Assembly: GCA_964016885.1 (NCBI GenBank)
Contig: OZ024740.1
Coordinates: 296,298,001-296,362,000, forward strand
Direction: 5' to 3'
DNA: 64,000 nucleotides
Source: Eledone cirrhosa
Taxonomy: Eukaryota
Shown here: one piece after another, positions 28,001 through 41,956 of the stretch
How positions within the stretch are numbered: position 1 is the stretch's first letter
Layout: each line of letters opens with the position of its first letter
Notes under the pieces: generated by a model
What the model was told of the DNA's origin: nothing
The model's database searches: none
Seen by the model: only the letters and a program-made list of their open reading frames with translations
Translations under genes and position numbers: made by a program

Positions 28001-31000
28001 TTGGGGGTTCCATTTTTTATTTGGGTGATCCATTTTTTATTTGGGGGATCCATTTTTTATTTAGGTGATCCATTTTTTAGTTGGGTGATCCATTTTTTAT
28101 TTGTGTGATCCATTTTTTATTTGGCGGATCCATTTTTTATTTGGGGGATCCATTTTTTATTTGGGTGATCCATTTTTTATTTGGGGTATCCATTTTTTAT
28201 TAGGGTGATACATTTTTTATTTGGGGGATCCATTTTTTATTTGGGTGATCCATTTTTTATTTGGGTGATCCATATTTTATTTGCGTGATCCATTTTTTAT
28301 TTGGGTGATCCATTTTTTATTTGGGTGATCCATTTTTTATTTGGGGGATCCATTTTTTATTTGGGTGATCCATTTTTTATTTGGGTGATCCATTTTTTAT
28401 TTGGGGGATCCATTTTTTATTTGGGGGATCCATTTTTATTTGGGGGACCCTATTTTTATTTGGGGGATCCATTTTACATTTGGGTGATCCATTTTTTATT
28501 TGGGTGATCCATTTTTTATTTGGTGGATCCATTTTTTATTTGGGGTATCCATTTTTTATTTGGGTGATCCATTTTTTATTTGGGGGATCCATTTTTTATT
28601 TGGGTTATCCATTTTTTATTTGGGTGATCCATTTTTTATTTGGGTGATCCATTTTTTATTTGTTGGATCCATTTTTTATTTGGGGGATCCATTTTTTATT
28701 TGGGGGTTCCATTTTTTATTTGGGGGATCCATTTTACATTTGGGTGATCCATTTTTTATTTGGGTGATCCATTTTTTATTTGGGGGATCCATTTTTTATT
28801 TGGGTGATCCATTTTTTATTTGGGTGATCCAGTTTTTGTTTGGGTGATCCATTTTTTATTTGGGGGATCCATTTTTTATTTGGGTGATCCATTTTTTATT
28901 TGTTGGATCCATTTTTTATTTGGGGGATCCATTTTTTATTTGGGGGTTCCATTTTTTATTTGGGGGATCCATTTTACATTTGGGTGATCCATTTTTTATT
29001 TGGGTGACCCATTTTTTATTCGGGGGATCCATTTTTTATTTGGGTGATCCATTTTTTATTTGGGGGTTCCATTTTTTATTTGGGTGATCCATTTTTTATT
29101 TGGGGGATCCATTTTTTATTTAGGTGATCCATTTTTTAGTTGGGTGATCCATTTTTTATTTGTGTGATCCATTTTTTATTTGGGGGATCCATTTTTTATT
29201 TGGGGGTTCAATTTTTTATTTGGGTGATCCATTTTTTATTTGGGGGATCCATTTTTTATTTAGGTGATCCATTTTTTAGTTGGGTGATCCATTTTTTATT
29301 TGTGTGATCCATTTTTTATTTGGCGGATCCATTTTTTATTTGGGGGATCCATTTTTTATTTGGGTGATCCATTTTTTATTTGGGGGATCCATTTTTTATT
29401 TAGGTGAACCATTTTTTAGTTGGGTGATCCATTTTTTATTTGTGTGATCCATTTTTTATTTGGCGGATCCATTTTTTATTTGGGGGATCCATTTTTTATT
29501 TGGGTGATCCATTTTTTATTTGGGGTATCCATTTTTTATTAGGGTGATACATTTTTTATTTGGGGGATCCATTTTTTATTTGGGTGATCCATTTTTTATT
29601 TGGGTGATCCATATTTTATTTGCGTGATCCATTTTTTATTTGGGTGATCCATTTTTTATTTGGGTGATCCATTTTTTATTTGGGGGATCCATTTTTTATT
29701 TGGGTGATCCATTTTTTATTTGGGTGATCCATTTTTTATTTGGGGGATCCATTTTTTATTTGGGGGATCCATTTTTATTTGGGGGACCCTATTTTTATTT
29801 GGGGGATCCATTTTACATTTGGGTGATCCATTTTTTATTTGGGTGATCCATTTTTTATTTGGTGGATCCATTTTTTATTTGGGGTATCCATTTTTTATTT
29901 GGGTGATCCATTTTTTATTTGGGGGATCCATTTTTTATTTGGGTTATCCATTTTTTATTTGGGTGATCCATTTTTTATTTGGGTGATCCATTTTTTATTT
30001 GTTGGATCCATTTTTTATTTGGGGGATCCATTTTTTATTTGGGGGTTCCATTTTTTATTTGGGGGATCCATTTTACATTTGGGTGATCCATTTTTTATTT
30101 GGGTGATCCATTTTTTATTTGGGGGATCCATTTTTTATTTGGGTGATCCATTTTTTATTTGGGTGATCCAGTTTTTGTTTGGGTGATCCATTTTTTATTT
30201 GGGGGATCCATTTTTTATTTGGGTGATCCATTTTTTATTTGTTGGATCCATTTTTTATTTGGGGGATCCATTTTTTATTTGGGGGTTCCATTTTTTATTT
30301 GGGGGATCCATTTTACATTTGGGTGATCCATTTTTTATTTGGGTGACCCATTTTTTATTCGGGGGATCCATTTTTTATTTGGGGGATCCATTTTTTATTT
30401 GGGGGTTCCATTTTTTATTTGGGTGATCCATTTTTTATTTGGGGGATCCATTTTTTATTTAGGTGATCCATTTTTTAGTTGGGTGATCCATTTTTTATTT
30501 GTGTGATCCATTTTTTATTTGGGGGATCCATTTTTTATTTGGGGGTTCCATTTTTTATTTGGGTGATCCATTTTTTATTTGGGGGATCCATTTTTTATTT
30601 AGGTGATCCATTTTTTAGTTGGGTGATCCATTTTTTATTTGTGTGATCCATTTTTTATTTGGCGGATCCATTTTTTATTTGGGGGATCCATTTTTTATTT
30701 GGGTGATCCATTTTTTATTTGGGGTATCCATTTTTTATTAGGGTGATACATTTTTTATTTGGGGGATCCATTTTTTATTTGGGTGATCCATTTTTTATTT
30801 GGGTGATCCATATTTTATTTGCGTGATCCATTTTTTATTTGGGTGATCCATTTTTTATTTGGGTGATCCATTTTTTATTTGGGGGATCCATTTTTTATTT
30901 GGGTGATCCATTTTTTATTTGGGTGATCCATTTTTTATTTGGGGGATCCATTTTTTATTTGGGTGATCCATTTTTTATTTGGGGGATCCAGTTTTTGTTT
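20950..31000 (+). repeat. Higher-order repeat domain, 8 copies of a variable unit of about 0.96-1.6 kb
   Basis: The same ordered marker series (GGACCCTA, GGTGGATCC, GGGGTATCC, GGGTTATCC, GTTGGATCC, CAGTTTTTG, GACCCA/TTCGGG) restarts near 21266, 22225, 23324, 24383, 25722, 27321, 28500 and 29839. Confidence 0.85.
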
Positions 31001-32049
31001 GGGTGATCCATTTTTTATTTGGGGGATCCATTTTTTATTTGGGTGATCCATATTTTATTTAGGGGATCCATTTTTTATTTGGGTGATCCATTTTTTATTT
31101 GGGTGATCCATTTTTTATTTGGGTGATCCATTTTTTATTTTGGGGATCTATTTTTTATTTGGGTGATCCATTTTTTATTTGGGGGATCCATTTTTTTTTT
31201 TGGTGATCCATTTTTTATTTGGGGATCCATTTTTTATTTGGGGGATCCATTTTTTATTTGGGTGATCCATTTTTTATTTGGGGGATCCATTTTTTATTTG
31301 GGTGATCCATTTTTAATTTGGGGATCCATTTTTTATTTGGGTGATCCATTTTTTATTTGGGGGATCCATTTTTTATATGGGTGATCCATTTTTTATTTGG
31401 GGGATCCATTTTGTATTTGGGTGATCCATTTTTTATTTGGGGGATCCATTTTTTATTTGGGGGATCCATTTTTTATTTGGGTGATCCACATTTTATTTGG
31501 GTGATCCAATTTTTATTTGAGGGATCCATTTTTTATTTGGGTGATCCATTTTTTATTTGGGTGATCCATTTTTTATTTGGGTGATCCATTTTCTATTTGG
31601 GTGATCCATTTTTTATTTGGGGGATCCATTTTTTATTTGGATGATCCATTTTTTATTTGGGGGATCCATTTTTTATTTGGGCGATCCAATTTTTATTTGG
31701 GTGATCCATTTTTTTATTGGGCGATCCATTTTTTATTTGGGTGATCCATTTTTTATTTGGGGGATCCATTATTTATTTGTGTGATTCATTTTATATTTGG
31801 GGGATCCATTTTTTATTTGGGTGATCCATTTTTTATTTTGGAGATCCATTTTTTATTTGGGGGATCCATTTTTTATTTGGGGGATCCATTTTTTATTTGG
31901 GTGATCCATTTTTTATTTGGGTGATCCATTTTTTATTTGTTGGATCCATTTTTTATTTGGGGGATCCATTTTTTATTTGGGGGCTCCATTTTTTATTTGG
32001 GGGATCCATTTTACATTTGGGTGATCCATTTTTTATTTGGGGGATCCAT

Positions 32050-32087
32050 CAAATAAAAAATGGATCCCCCAAATAAAAAATGGATCC
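32050..32087 (-). repeat. Inverted satellite island, 2 monomers (class A)
   Basis: CAAATAAAAAATGGATCCCCCAAATAAAAAATGGATCC. Confidence 0.95.
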
Positions 32088-35000
32088 ATTTTTTATTTGG
32101 GTGATCCATTTTTTATTTGGGGGATCCATTTTTTATTTGGGTGATCCAGTTTTTGTTTGGGTGATCCATTTTTTATTTGGGGGATCCATTTTTTATTTGG
32201 GTGATCCATATTTTATTTAGGGGATCGATTTTTTATTTGGTGATCCATTTTTTATTTGGGTGATCCATTCTTTATTTGGGTGATCCATTTTTTATTTTGG
32301 GGATCTATTTTTTATTTGGGTGATCCATTTTTTATTTGGGGATCCATTTTTTATTTGGGTGATCCATTTTTTATTTGGAGGATCCATTTTTTATTTGGGG
32401 GATCCATTTTTTATTTGGGTGATCCATTTTTTATTTGGGGGATCCATTTTTTATTTGGGTGATCCATTTTTTATTTGGGGGATCCATTTTTTATTTGGGT
32501 GATCCATTTTTTATTTGGGTGATCCATTTTTTATTTGGGTGATCCATTTTTTATTTGTTGGATCCATTTTTTATTTGGGGGATCCATTTTTTATTTGGGG
32601 GTTCCATTTTTTATTTGGGGGATCCATTTTACATTTGGGTGATCCATTTTTTATTTGGGTGATCCATTTTTTATTTGGGGGATCCATTTTTTATTTGGGT
32701 TATCCATTTTTTATTTGGGTGATCCAGTTTTTGTTTGCGTGATCCATTTTTTATTTGGGGGATCCATTTTTTATTTGGGTGATCCATTTTTTATTTGTTG
32801 GATCCATTTTTTATTTGGGGGATCCATTTTTTATTTGGGGGATCCATTTTTTATTTGGGTGATCCATTTTTTATTTGGGGGATCCATTTTTTATTTAGGT
32901 GATCCATTTTTTAGTTGGGTGATCCATTTTTTGGGGGGGGGATCCATTTTTTATTTGTGTCATCCATTTTTTATTTGGCGGATCCATTTTTATTTGGGGG
33001 ATCCATTTTTTATTTGTGTGATCCATTTTTTATTTGGCAGATCCATTTTTTATTTGGGGGATCCATTTTTTATTTGGGTGATCCATTTTTTATTTGGGGG
33101 ATCCATTTTTTATTTGGGTGATCCATTTTTTATTTGGGTGATCCAGTTTTTGTTTGGGTGATCCATTTTTTATTTGGGGGATCCATTTTTTATTTGGGTG
33201 ATCCATTTTTTATTTGTTGGATCCATTTTTTATTTGGGGGATCCATTTTTTATTTGGGGGTTCCATTTTTTATTTGGGGGATCCATTTTACATTTGGGTG
33301 ATCCATTTTTTATTTGGGTGATCCATTTTTTATTTGGGGGATCCATTTTTTATTTAGGGGATCCATTTTTTATTTGGGGGATCCATTTTTTATTTGGGTG
33401 ATCCATTTTTTATTTGTTGGATCCATTTTTTATTTGGGGGATCCATTTTTTATTTGGGGGTTTCATTTTTTATTTGGGGGATCCATTTTACATTTGGGTG
33501 ATCCATTTTTTATTTGGGTGATCCATTTTTTATTTGGGGGATCCATTTTTTATTTAGGGGATCCATTTTTTATTTGGGGGTTCCATTTTTTATTTGGGTG
33601 ATCCATTTTTTATTTGGGGGATCCATTTTTTATTTAGGTGATCCATTTTTTAGTTGGGTGATCCATTTTTATTTGGGGGATCCATTTTTTATTTGTGTGA
33701 TCCATTTTTTATTTGGCGGATCCATTTTTTATTTGGGGGATCCATTTTTCATTTGGGGATCCATTTTTTATTTAGGTGATCCATTTTTTAGTTGGGTGAT
33801 CCATTTTTATTTGGGGGATCCATTTTTTATTTGTGTGATCCATTTTTTATTTGGCGTATCCATTTTTATTTGGGGGATCCATTTTTTATTTGTGTGATCC
33901 ATTTTTTATTTGGCAGATCCATTTTTTATTTGGGGGATCCATTTTTTATTTGGGTGATCCATTTTTTATTTGGGGGATCCATTTTTTATTTGGGTGATAC
34001 ATTTTTTATTTGGGGGATCCATTTTTTATTTGGGTGATCCATTTTTTATTTGGGTGATCCATATTTTATTTGGGTGATCCATTTTTTATTTGGGGGATCC
34101 ATTTTTTATTTGGGTGATCCAATTTTTTATTTGGGTGATCCATTTTTTATTTGGGTGATCCATTTTTTATTTGGGTGATCCATTTTTTATTTGGGGGATC
34201 CATTTTTTATTTGGGTGATACATTTTTGATTTGGGTGATCCATTTTTTATTTGGGGGATCCATTTTTTATTTGGGTGATCCATTTTTTATTTGGGGGATC
34301 CATTTTTTATTTGGGAGATCCATTTTTGATTTGGGTGGTCCATTTTTTATTTGGGTGATTCATTTTTTATTTGTTGGATCCATTTTTTATTTGGGGGATC
34401 CATTTTTATTTGGGGGACCCTATTTTTATTTGGGGGATCCATTTTACATTTGGGTGATCCATTTTTTATTTGGGTGATCCATTTTTTATTTGGTGGATCC
34501 ATTTTTTATTTGGGGTATCCATTTTTTATTTGGGTGATCCATTTTTTATTTGGGGGATCCATTTTTTATTTGGGTTATCCATTTTTTATTTGGGTGATCC
34601 ATTTTTTATTTGGGTGATCCATTTTTTATTTGTTGGATCCATTTTTTATTTGGGGGATCCATTTTTTATTTGGGGGTTCCATTTTTTATTTGGGGGATCC
34701 ATTTTACATTTGGGTGATCCATTTTTTATTTGGGTGATCCATTTTTTATTTGGGGGATCCATTTTTTATTTGGGTGATCCATTTTTTATTTGGGTGATCC
34801 AGTTTTTGTTTGGGTGATCCATTTTTTATTTGGGGGATCCATTTTTTATTTGGGTGATCCATTTTTTATTTGTTGGATCCATTTTTTATTTGGGGGATCC
34901 ATTTTTTATTTGGGGGTTCCATTTTTTATTTGAGGGATCCATTTTACATTTGGGTGATCCATTTTTTATTTGGGTGACCCATTTTTTATTCGGGGGATCC

Positions 35001-36439
35001 ATTTTTTATTTGGGGGATCCATTTTTTATTTGGGGGTTCCATTTTTTATTTGGGTGATCCATTTTTTATTTGGGGGATCCATTTTTTATTTAGGTGATCC
35101 ATTTTTTAGTTGGGTGATCCATTTTTTATTTGTGTGATCCATTTTTTATTTGGGGGATCCATTTTTTATTTGGGGGATCCATTTTTTATTTAGGTGATCC
35201 ATTTTTAGTTGGGTGATCCATTTTTTATTTGTGTGATCCATTTTTTATTTGGGGGATCCATTTTTTATTTGGGGGTTCCATTTTTTATTTGGGTGATCCA
35301 TTTTTTATTTGGGGGATCCATTTTTTATTTAGGTGATCCATTTTTTAGTTGGGTGATCCATTTTTTATTTGTGTGATCCATTTTTTATTTGGCGGATCCA
35401 TTTTTTATTTGGGGGATCCATTTTTTATTTGGGTGATCCATTTTTTATTTGGGTGATCCATTTTTTATTTGGGTGATCCATATTTTATTTGCGTGATCCA
35501 TTTTTTATTTGGGTGATCCATTTTTTATTTGGGTGATCCATTTTTTATTTGGGGGATCCATTTTTTATTTGGGGGATCCATTTTTTTTTTTGGTGATCCA
35601 CTTTTTATTTGGGGATCCATTTTTTATTTGGGGGATCCATTTTTTATTTGGGTGATCCATTTTTTATTTGGGGGATCCATTTTTTATTTGGGTGATCCAT
35701 TTTTAATTTGGGGATCCATTTTTTATTTGGGTGATCCATTTTTTATTTGGGGGATCCATTTTTTATATGGGTGATCCATTTTTTATTTGGGGGATCCATT
35801 TTGTATTTGGGTGATCCATTTTTTATTTGGGGGATCCATTTTTTATTTGGGGGATCCATTTTTTATTTGGGTGATCCACATTTTATTTGGGTGATCCAAT
35901 TTTTATTTGAGGGATCCATTTTTTATTTGGGTGATCCATTTTTTATTTGGGTGATCCATTTTTTATTTGGGTGATCCATTTTCTATTTGGGTGATCCATT
36001 TTTTATTTGGGGGATCCATTTTTTATTTGGATGATCCATTTTTTATTTGGGGGATCCATTTTTTATTTGGGCGATCCAATTTTTATTTGGGTGATCCATT
36101 TTTTTATTGGGCGATCCATTTTTTATTTGGGTGATCCATTTTTTATTTGGGGGATCCATTATTTATTTGTGTGATCCATTTTTTATTTTGGAGATCCATT
36201 TTTTATTTGGGGGATCCATTTTTTATTTGGGGGATCCATTTTTTATTTGGGTGATCCATTTTTTATTTGGGTGATCCATTTTTTATTTGTTGGATCCATT
36301 TTTTATTTGGGGGATCCATTTTTTATTTGGGGGCTCCATTTTTTATTTGGGGGATCCATTTTACATTTGGGTGATCCATTTTTTATTTGGGTGATCCATT
36401 TTTTATTTGGGGGTTCCATTTTTTATTTGGGGGATCCAT

Positions 36440-36477
36440 CAAATAAAAAATGGATCCCCCAAATAAAAAATGGATCC
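36440..36477 (-). repeat. Inverted satellite island, 2 monomers (class A)
   Basis: Same sequence as 11665-11702. Confidence 0.95.
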
Positions 36478-36915
36478 ATTTTTTATTTGGGTGATCCATT
36501 TTTTATTTGGGGGATCCATTTTTTATTTGGGTGATCCAGTTTTTGTTTGGGTGATCCATTTTTTATTTGGGGGATCCATTTTTTATTTGGGTGATCCATA
36601 TTTTATTTAGGGGATCGATTTTTTATTTGGTGATCCATTTTTTATTTGGGTGATCCATTCTTTATTTGGGTGATCCATTTTTTATTTTGGGGATCTATTT
36701 TTTATTTGGGTGATCCATTTTTTATTTGGGGATCCATTTTTTATTTGGGTGATCTATTTTTTATTTGGGGGATCCATTTTTTATTTGGGGGATCCATTTT
36801 TTATTTGGGTGATCCATTTTTTATTTGGGGGATCCATTTTTTATTTGGGTGATCCATTTTTTATTTGGGGGATCCATTTTTTATTTGGGGGGCCATTTTT
36901 TATTTGGGGATCCAT

Positions 36916-36993
36916 CAAATAAAAAATGGATCACCCAAATAAAAAATGGATCACCCAAATAAAAAATGGATCCCTCAAATAAAAAATGGATCC
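36916..36993 (-). repeat. Inverted satellite island, 4 monomers (class B)
   Basis: Same sequence as 12141-12218. Confidence 0.95.
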
Positions 36994-37953
36994 ATTTTTT
37001 ATTTGGGGGATCCATTTTTTATTTGGGGGTTCCATTTTTTATTTGGGGGATCCATTTTACATTTGGGTGATCCATTTTTTATTTGGGTGATCCATATTTT
37101 ATTTGGGGGATCCATTTTTTATTTGGGGGATCCATTTTTTATTTGGGTGATCCATTTTTTATTTGGGGGATCCATTTTTTATTTAGGTGATCCATTCTTT
37201 AGTTGGGTGATCCATTTATATTTGGGGGATCCATTTTTTATTTGTGTGATCCATTTTTTATTCGGCAGATCCATTTTTTATTTGGGGGATCCATTTTTTA
37301 TTTGGGTGATCCATTTTTTATTTGGGGGATCCATTTTTTATTTGGGTTATACATTTTTTATTTGGGGGATCCATTTTTTATTTGGGTGATCCATTTTTTA
37401 TTTGGGTGATCCATATTTTATTTGGGTGATCCATTTTTTATTTGGGGGATCCATTTTTATTTGGGTGATCTATTTTTGATTTGGGTGATCCATTTTTTAT
37501 TTGGGGGATCCATTTTTTATTTGGGTGATCCATTTTTTATTTGGGGGATCCATTTTTTATTTGGGAGATCCATTTTTGATTTGGGTGATCCATTTTTTAT
37601 TTGGGTGATCCATTTTTTATTTGTTGGATCCATTTTTTATTTGGGGGATCCATTTTTTATTTGGGTGATCCATTTTTTATTTGGGGGATCCATTTTTTAT
37701 TTGGGAGATCCATTTTTGATTTGGTGGATCGACTTTTTATTTGGGGGTTCCATTTTTTATTTGGGGGATCCATTTTACATTTGGGTGATCCATTTTTTAT
37801 TTGGGTGATCCATTTTTTATTTGGGGGATCCATTTTTTATTTGGGTGATCCATTTTTTATTTGGGGGATCCATTTTTTATTTGGGTGATCCATTTTCTAT
37901 TTGGGGGATCGATTTTTTATTTGGGGGTTCCATTTTTTATTTGGGGGATCCAT

Positions 37954-38031
37954 CAAATAAAAAATGGATCACCCAAATAAAAAATGGATCACCCAAATAA
38001 AAAATGGATCCCCCAAATAGAAAATGGATCC
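37954..38031 (-). repeat. Inverted satellite island, 4 monomers (class D, CAAATAGAAAAT variant)
   Basis: Four reverse-complement monomers, the last being CCCCAAATAGAAAATGGATC. Confidence 0.95.
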
Positions 38032-40582
38032 ATTTTTTATTTGGGTGATCCATATTTTATTTAGGGGATCCATTTTTTATTTGGGTGATCCATTTTTTAT
38101 TTGGGTGATCCATTTTTTATTTGGGTGATCCATTTTTTATTTGGGTGATCCATTTTTTATTTTGGGGATCTATTTATTATTTGGGTGATCCATTTTTTAT
38201 TTGGGGGATCCATTTTACATTTGGGTGATCCATTTTTTATTTGGGTGATCCATTTTTTATTTGGGGGATCCATTTTTTATTTGGGTGATCCATTTTTTAT
38301 TTGGGTGATCCAGTTTTTGTTTGGGTGATCCATTTTTTATTTGTTGGATCCATTTTTTATTTGGGGGATCCATTTTTTATTTGGGGGATCCATTTTTTAT
38401 TTGGGTGATCCATTTTTTATTTGGGGGATCCATTTTTTATTTAGGTGATCCATTTTTTAGTTGGGTGATCCATTTTTTTGGGGGGGATCCATTTTTTATT
38501 TGTGTCATCCATTTTTTATTTGGCGGATCCATTTTTATTTGGGGGATCCATTTTTTATTTGTGTGATCCATTTTTTATTTGGCAGATCCATTTTTTATTT
38601 GGGGGATCCATTTTTTATTTGGGTGATCCATTTTTTATTTGGGTGATCCATTTTTTATTTGGGGGATCCATTTTTTATTTAGGTGATCCATTTTTTAGTT
38701 GGGTGATCCATTTTTTGGGGGGGGATCCATTTTTTATTTGTGTCATCCATTTTTTATTTGGCGGATCCATTTTTATTTGGGGGATCCATTTTTTATTTGT
38801 GTGATCCATTTTTTATTTGGCAGATCCATTTTTTATTTGGGGGATCCATTTTTTATTTGGGTGATCCATTTTTTATTTGGGGGATCCATTTTTTATTTGG
38901 GTGATCCATTTTTTATTTGGGTGATCCAGTTTTTGTTTGGGTGATCCATTTTTTATTTGGGGGATCCATTTTTTATTTGGGTGATCCATTTTTTATTTGT
39001 TGGATCCATTTTTTATTTGGGGGATCCATTTTTTATTTGGGGGTTCCATTTTTTATTTGGGGGATCCATTTTACATTTGGGTGATCCATTTTTTATTTGG
39101 GTGATCCATTTTTTATTTGGGGGATCCATTTTTTATTTAGGGGATCCATTTTTTATTTGGGGGTTCCATTTTTTATTTGGGTGATCCATTTTTTATTTGG
39201 GGGATCCATTTTTTATTTAGGTGATCCATTTTTTAGTTGGGTGATCCATTTTTATTTGGGGGATCCATTTTTTATTTGTGTGATCCATTTTTTATTTGGC
39301 GGATCCATTTTTTATTTGGGGGATCCATTTTACATTTGGGTGATCCATTTTTTATTTGGGTGATCCATATTTTATTTGGGGGATCCATTTTTTATTTGGG
39401 GGATCCATTTTTTATTTGGGTGATCCATTTTTTATTTGGGGGATCCATTTTTTATTTGGGTGATCCATTTTTTATTTGGGTGATCCAGTTTTTGTTTGGG
39501 TGATCCATTTTTTATTTGGGGGATCCATTTTTTATTTGGGTGATCCATTTTTTATTTGTTGGATCCATTTTTTATTTGGGGGATCCATTTTTTATTTGGG
39601 GATTCCATTTTTTATTTGGGGGATCCATTTTACATTTGGGTGATCCATTTTTTATTTGGGTGATCCATTTTTTATTTGGGGGATCCATTTTTTATTTAGG
39701 GGATCCATTTTTTATTTGGGGGTTCCATTTTTTATTTGGGTGATCCATTTTTTATTTGGGGGATCCATTTTTTATTTAGGTGATCCATTTTTTAGTTGGG
39801 TGATCCATTTTTATTTGGGGGATCCATTTTTTATTTGTGTGATCCATTTTTTATTTGGCGGATCCATTTTTTATTTGGGGGATCCATTTTTTATTTGGGG
39901 ATCCATTTTTTATTTAGGTGATCAATTTTTTAGTTGGGTGATCCATTTTTATTTGGGGGATCCATTTTTTATTTGTGTGATCCATTTTTTATTTGGCGTA
40001 TCCATTTTTATTTGGGGGATCCATTTTTTATTTGTGTGATCCATTTTTTATTTGGCAGATCCATTTTTTATTTGGGGGATCCATTTTTTATTTGGGTGAT
40101 CCATTTTTTATTTGGGGGATCCATTTTTTATTTGGGTGATACATTTTTTATTTGGGGGATCCATTTTTTATTTGGGTGATCCATTTTTTATTTGGGTGAT
40201 CCATATTTTATTTGGGTGATCCATTTTTTATTTGGGGGATCCATTTTTTATTTGGGTGATCCAATTTTTTATTTGGGTGATCCATTTTTTATTTGGGTGA
40301 TCCATTTTTTATTTGGGTGATCCATTCTTTATTTGGGTGATCCATTTTTTATTTTGGGGATCTATTTTTTATTTGGGTGATCCATTTTTTATTTGGGGAT
40401 CCATTTTTTATTTGGGTGATCTATTTTTTATTTGGGGGATCCATTTTTTATTTGGGGGATCCATTTTTTATTTGGGTGATCCATTTTTTATTTGGGGGAT
40501 CCATTTTTTATTTGGGTGATCCATTTTTTATTTGGGGGATCCATTTTTTATTTGGGGGGCCATTTTTTATTTGGGGATCCAT

Positions 40583-40660
40583 CAAATAAAAAATGGATCA
40601 CCCAAATAAAAAATGGATCACCCAAATAAAAAATGGATCCCTCAAATAAAAAATGGATCC
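40583..40660 (-). repeat. Inverted satellite island, 4 monomers (class B)
   Basis: Same sequence as 12141-12218. Confidence 0.95.
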
Positions 40661-41878
40661 ATTTTTTATTTGGGGGATCCATTTTTTATTTGGGGGTTCC
40701 ATTTTTTATTTGGGGGATCCATTTTACATTTGGGTGATCCATTTTTTATTTGGGTGATCCATTTTTTATTTGGGGGATCCATTTTTTATTTGGGGGATCC
40801 ATTTTTTATTTGGGTGATCCATTTTTTATTTGGGGGATCCATTTTTTATTTAGGTGATCCATTCTTTAGTTGGGTGATCCATTTATATTTGGGGGATCCA
40901 TTTTTTATTTGTGTGATCCATTTTTTATTTGGCAGATCCATTTTTTATTTGGGGGATCCATTTTTTATTTGGGTGATCCATTTTTTATTTGGGGGATCCA
41001 TTTTTTATTTGGGTTATACATTTTTTATTTGGGGGATCCATTTTTTATTTGGGTGATCCATTTTTTATTTGGGTGATCCATATTTTATTTGGGTGATCCA
41101 TTTTTTATTTGGGGGATCCATTTTTATTTGGGTGATCTATTTTTGATTTGGGTGATCCATTTTTTATTTGGGGATCCATTTTTTATTTGGGTGATCCATT
41201 TTTTATTTGGGGGATCCATTTTTTATTTGGGAGATCCATTTTTGATTTGGGTGATCCATTTTTTATTTGGGTGATCCATTTTTTATTTGTTGGATCCATT
41301 TTTTATTTGGGGGATCCATTTTTTATTTGGGTGATCCATTTTTTATTTGGGGGATCCATTTTTTATTTGGGAGATCCATTTTTGATTTGGGTGATCCATT
41401 TTTTATTTGGGTGATCCATTTTTTATTTGTTGGATCCATTTTTTATTTGGGGGATCCATTTTTATTTGGGGGACCCTATTTTTATTTGGGGGATCCATTT
41501 TACATTTGGGGTATCCATTTTTTATTTGGGTGATCCATTTTTTATTTGGGGGATCCATTTTTTATTTGGGTGATCCATTTTTTATTTGGGTGATCCATTT
41601 TTTATTTGGGTGATCCATTTTTTATTTGTTGGATCCATTTTTTATTTGGTGGATCGACTTTTTATTTGGGGGTTCCATTTTTTATTTGGGGGATCCATTT
41701 TACATTTGGGTGATCCATTTTTTATTTGGGTGATCCATTTTTTATTTGGGGGATCCATTTTTTATTTGGGTGATCCATTTTTTATTTGGGGGATCCATTT
41801 TTTATTTGGGTGATCCATTTTCTATTTGGGGGATCGATTTTTTATTTGGGGGTTCCATTTTTTATTTGGGGGATCCAT

Positions 41879-41956
41879 CAAATAAAAAATGGATCACCCA
41901 AATAAAAAATGGATCACCCAAATAAAAAATGGATCCCCCAAATAGAAAATGGATCC
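41879..41956 (-). repeat. Inverted satellite island, 4 monomers (class D)
   Basis: Same sequence as 37954-38031. Confidence 0.95.
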
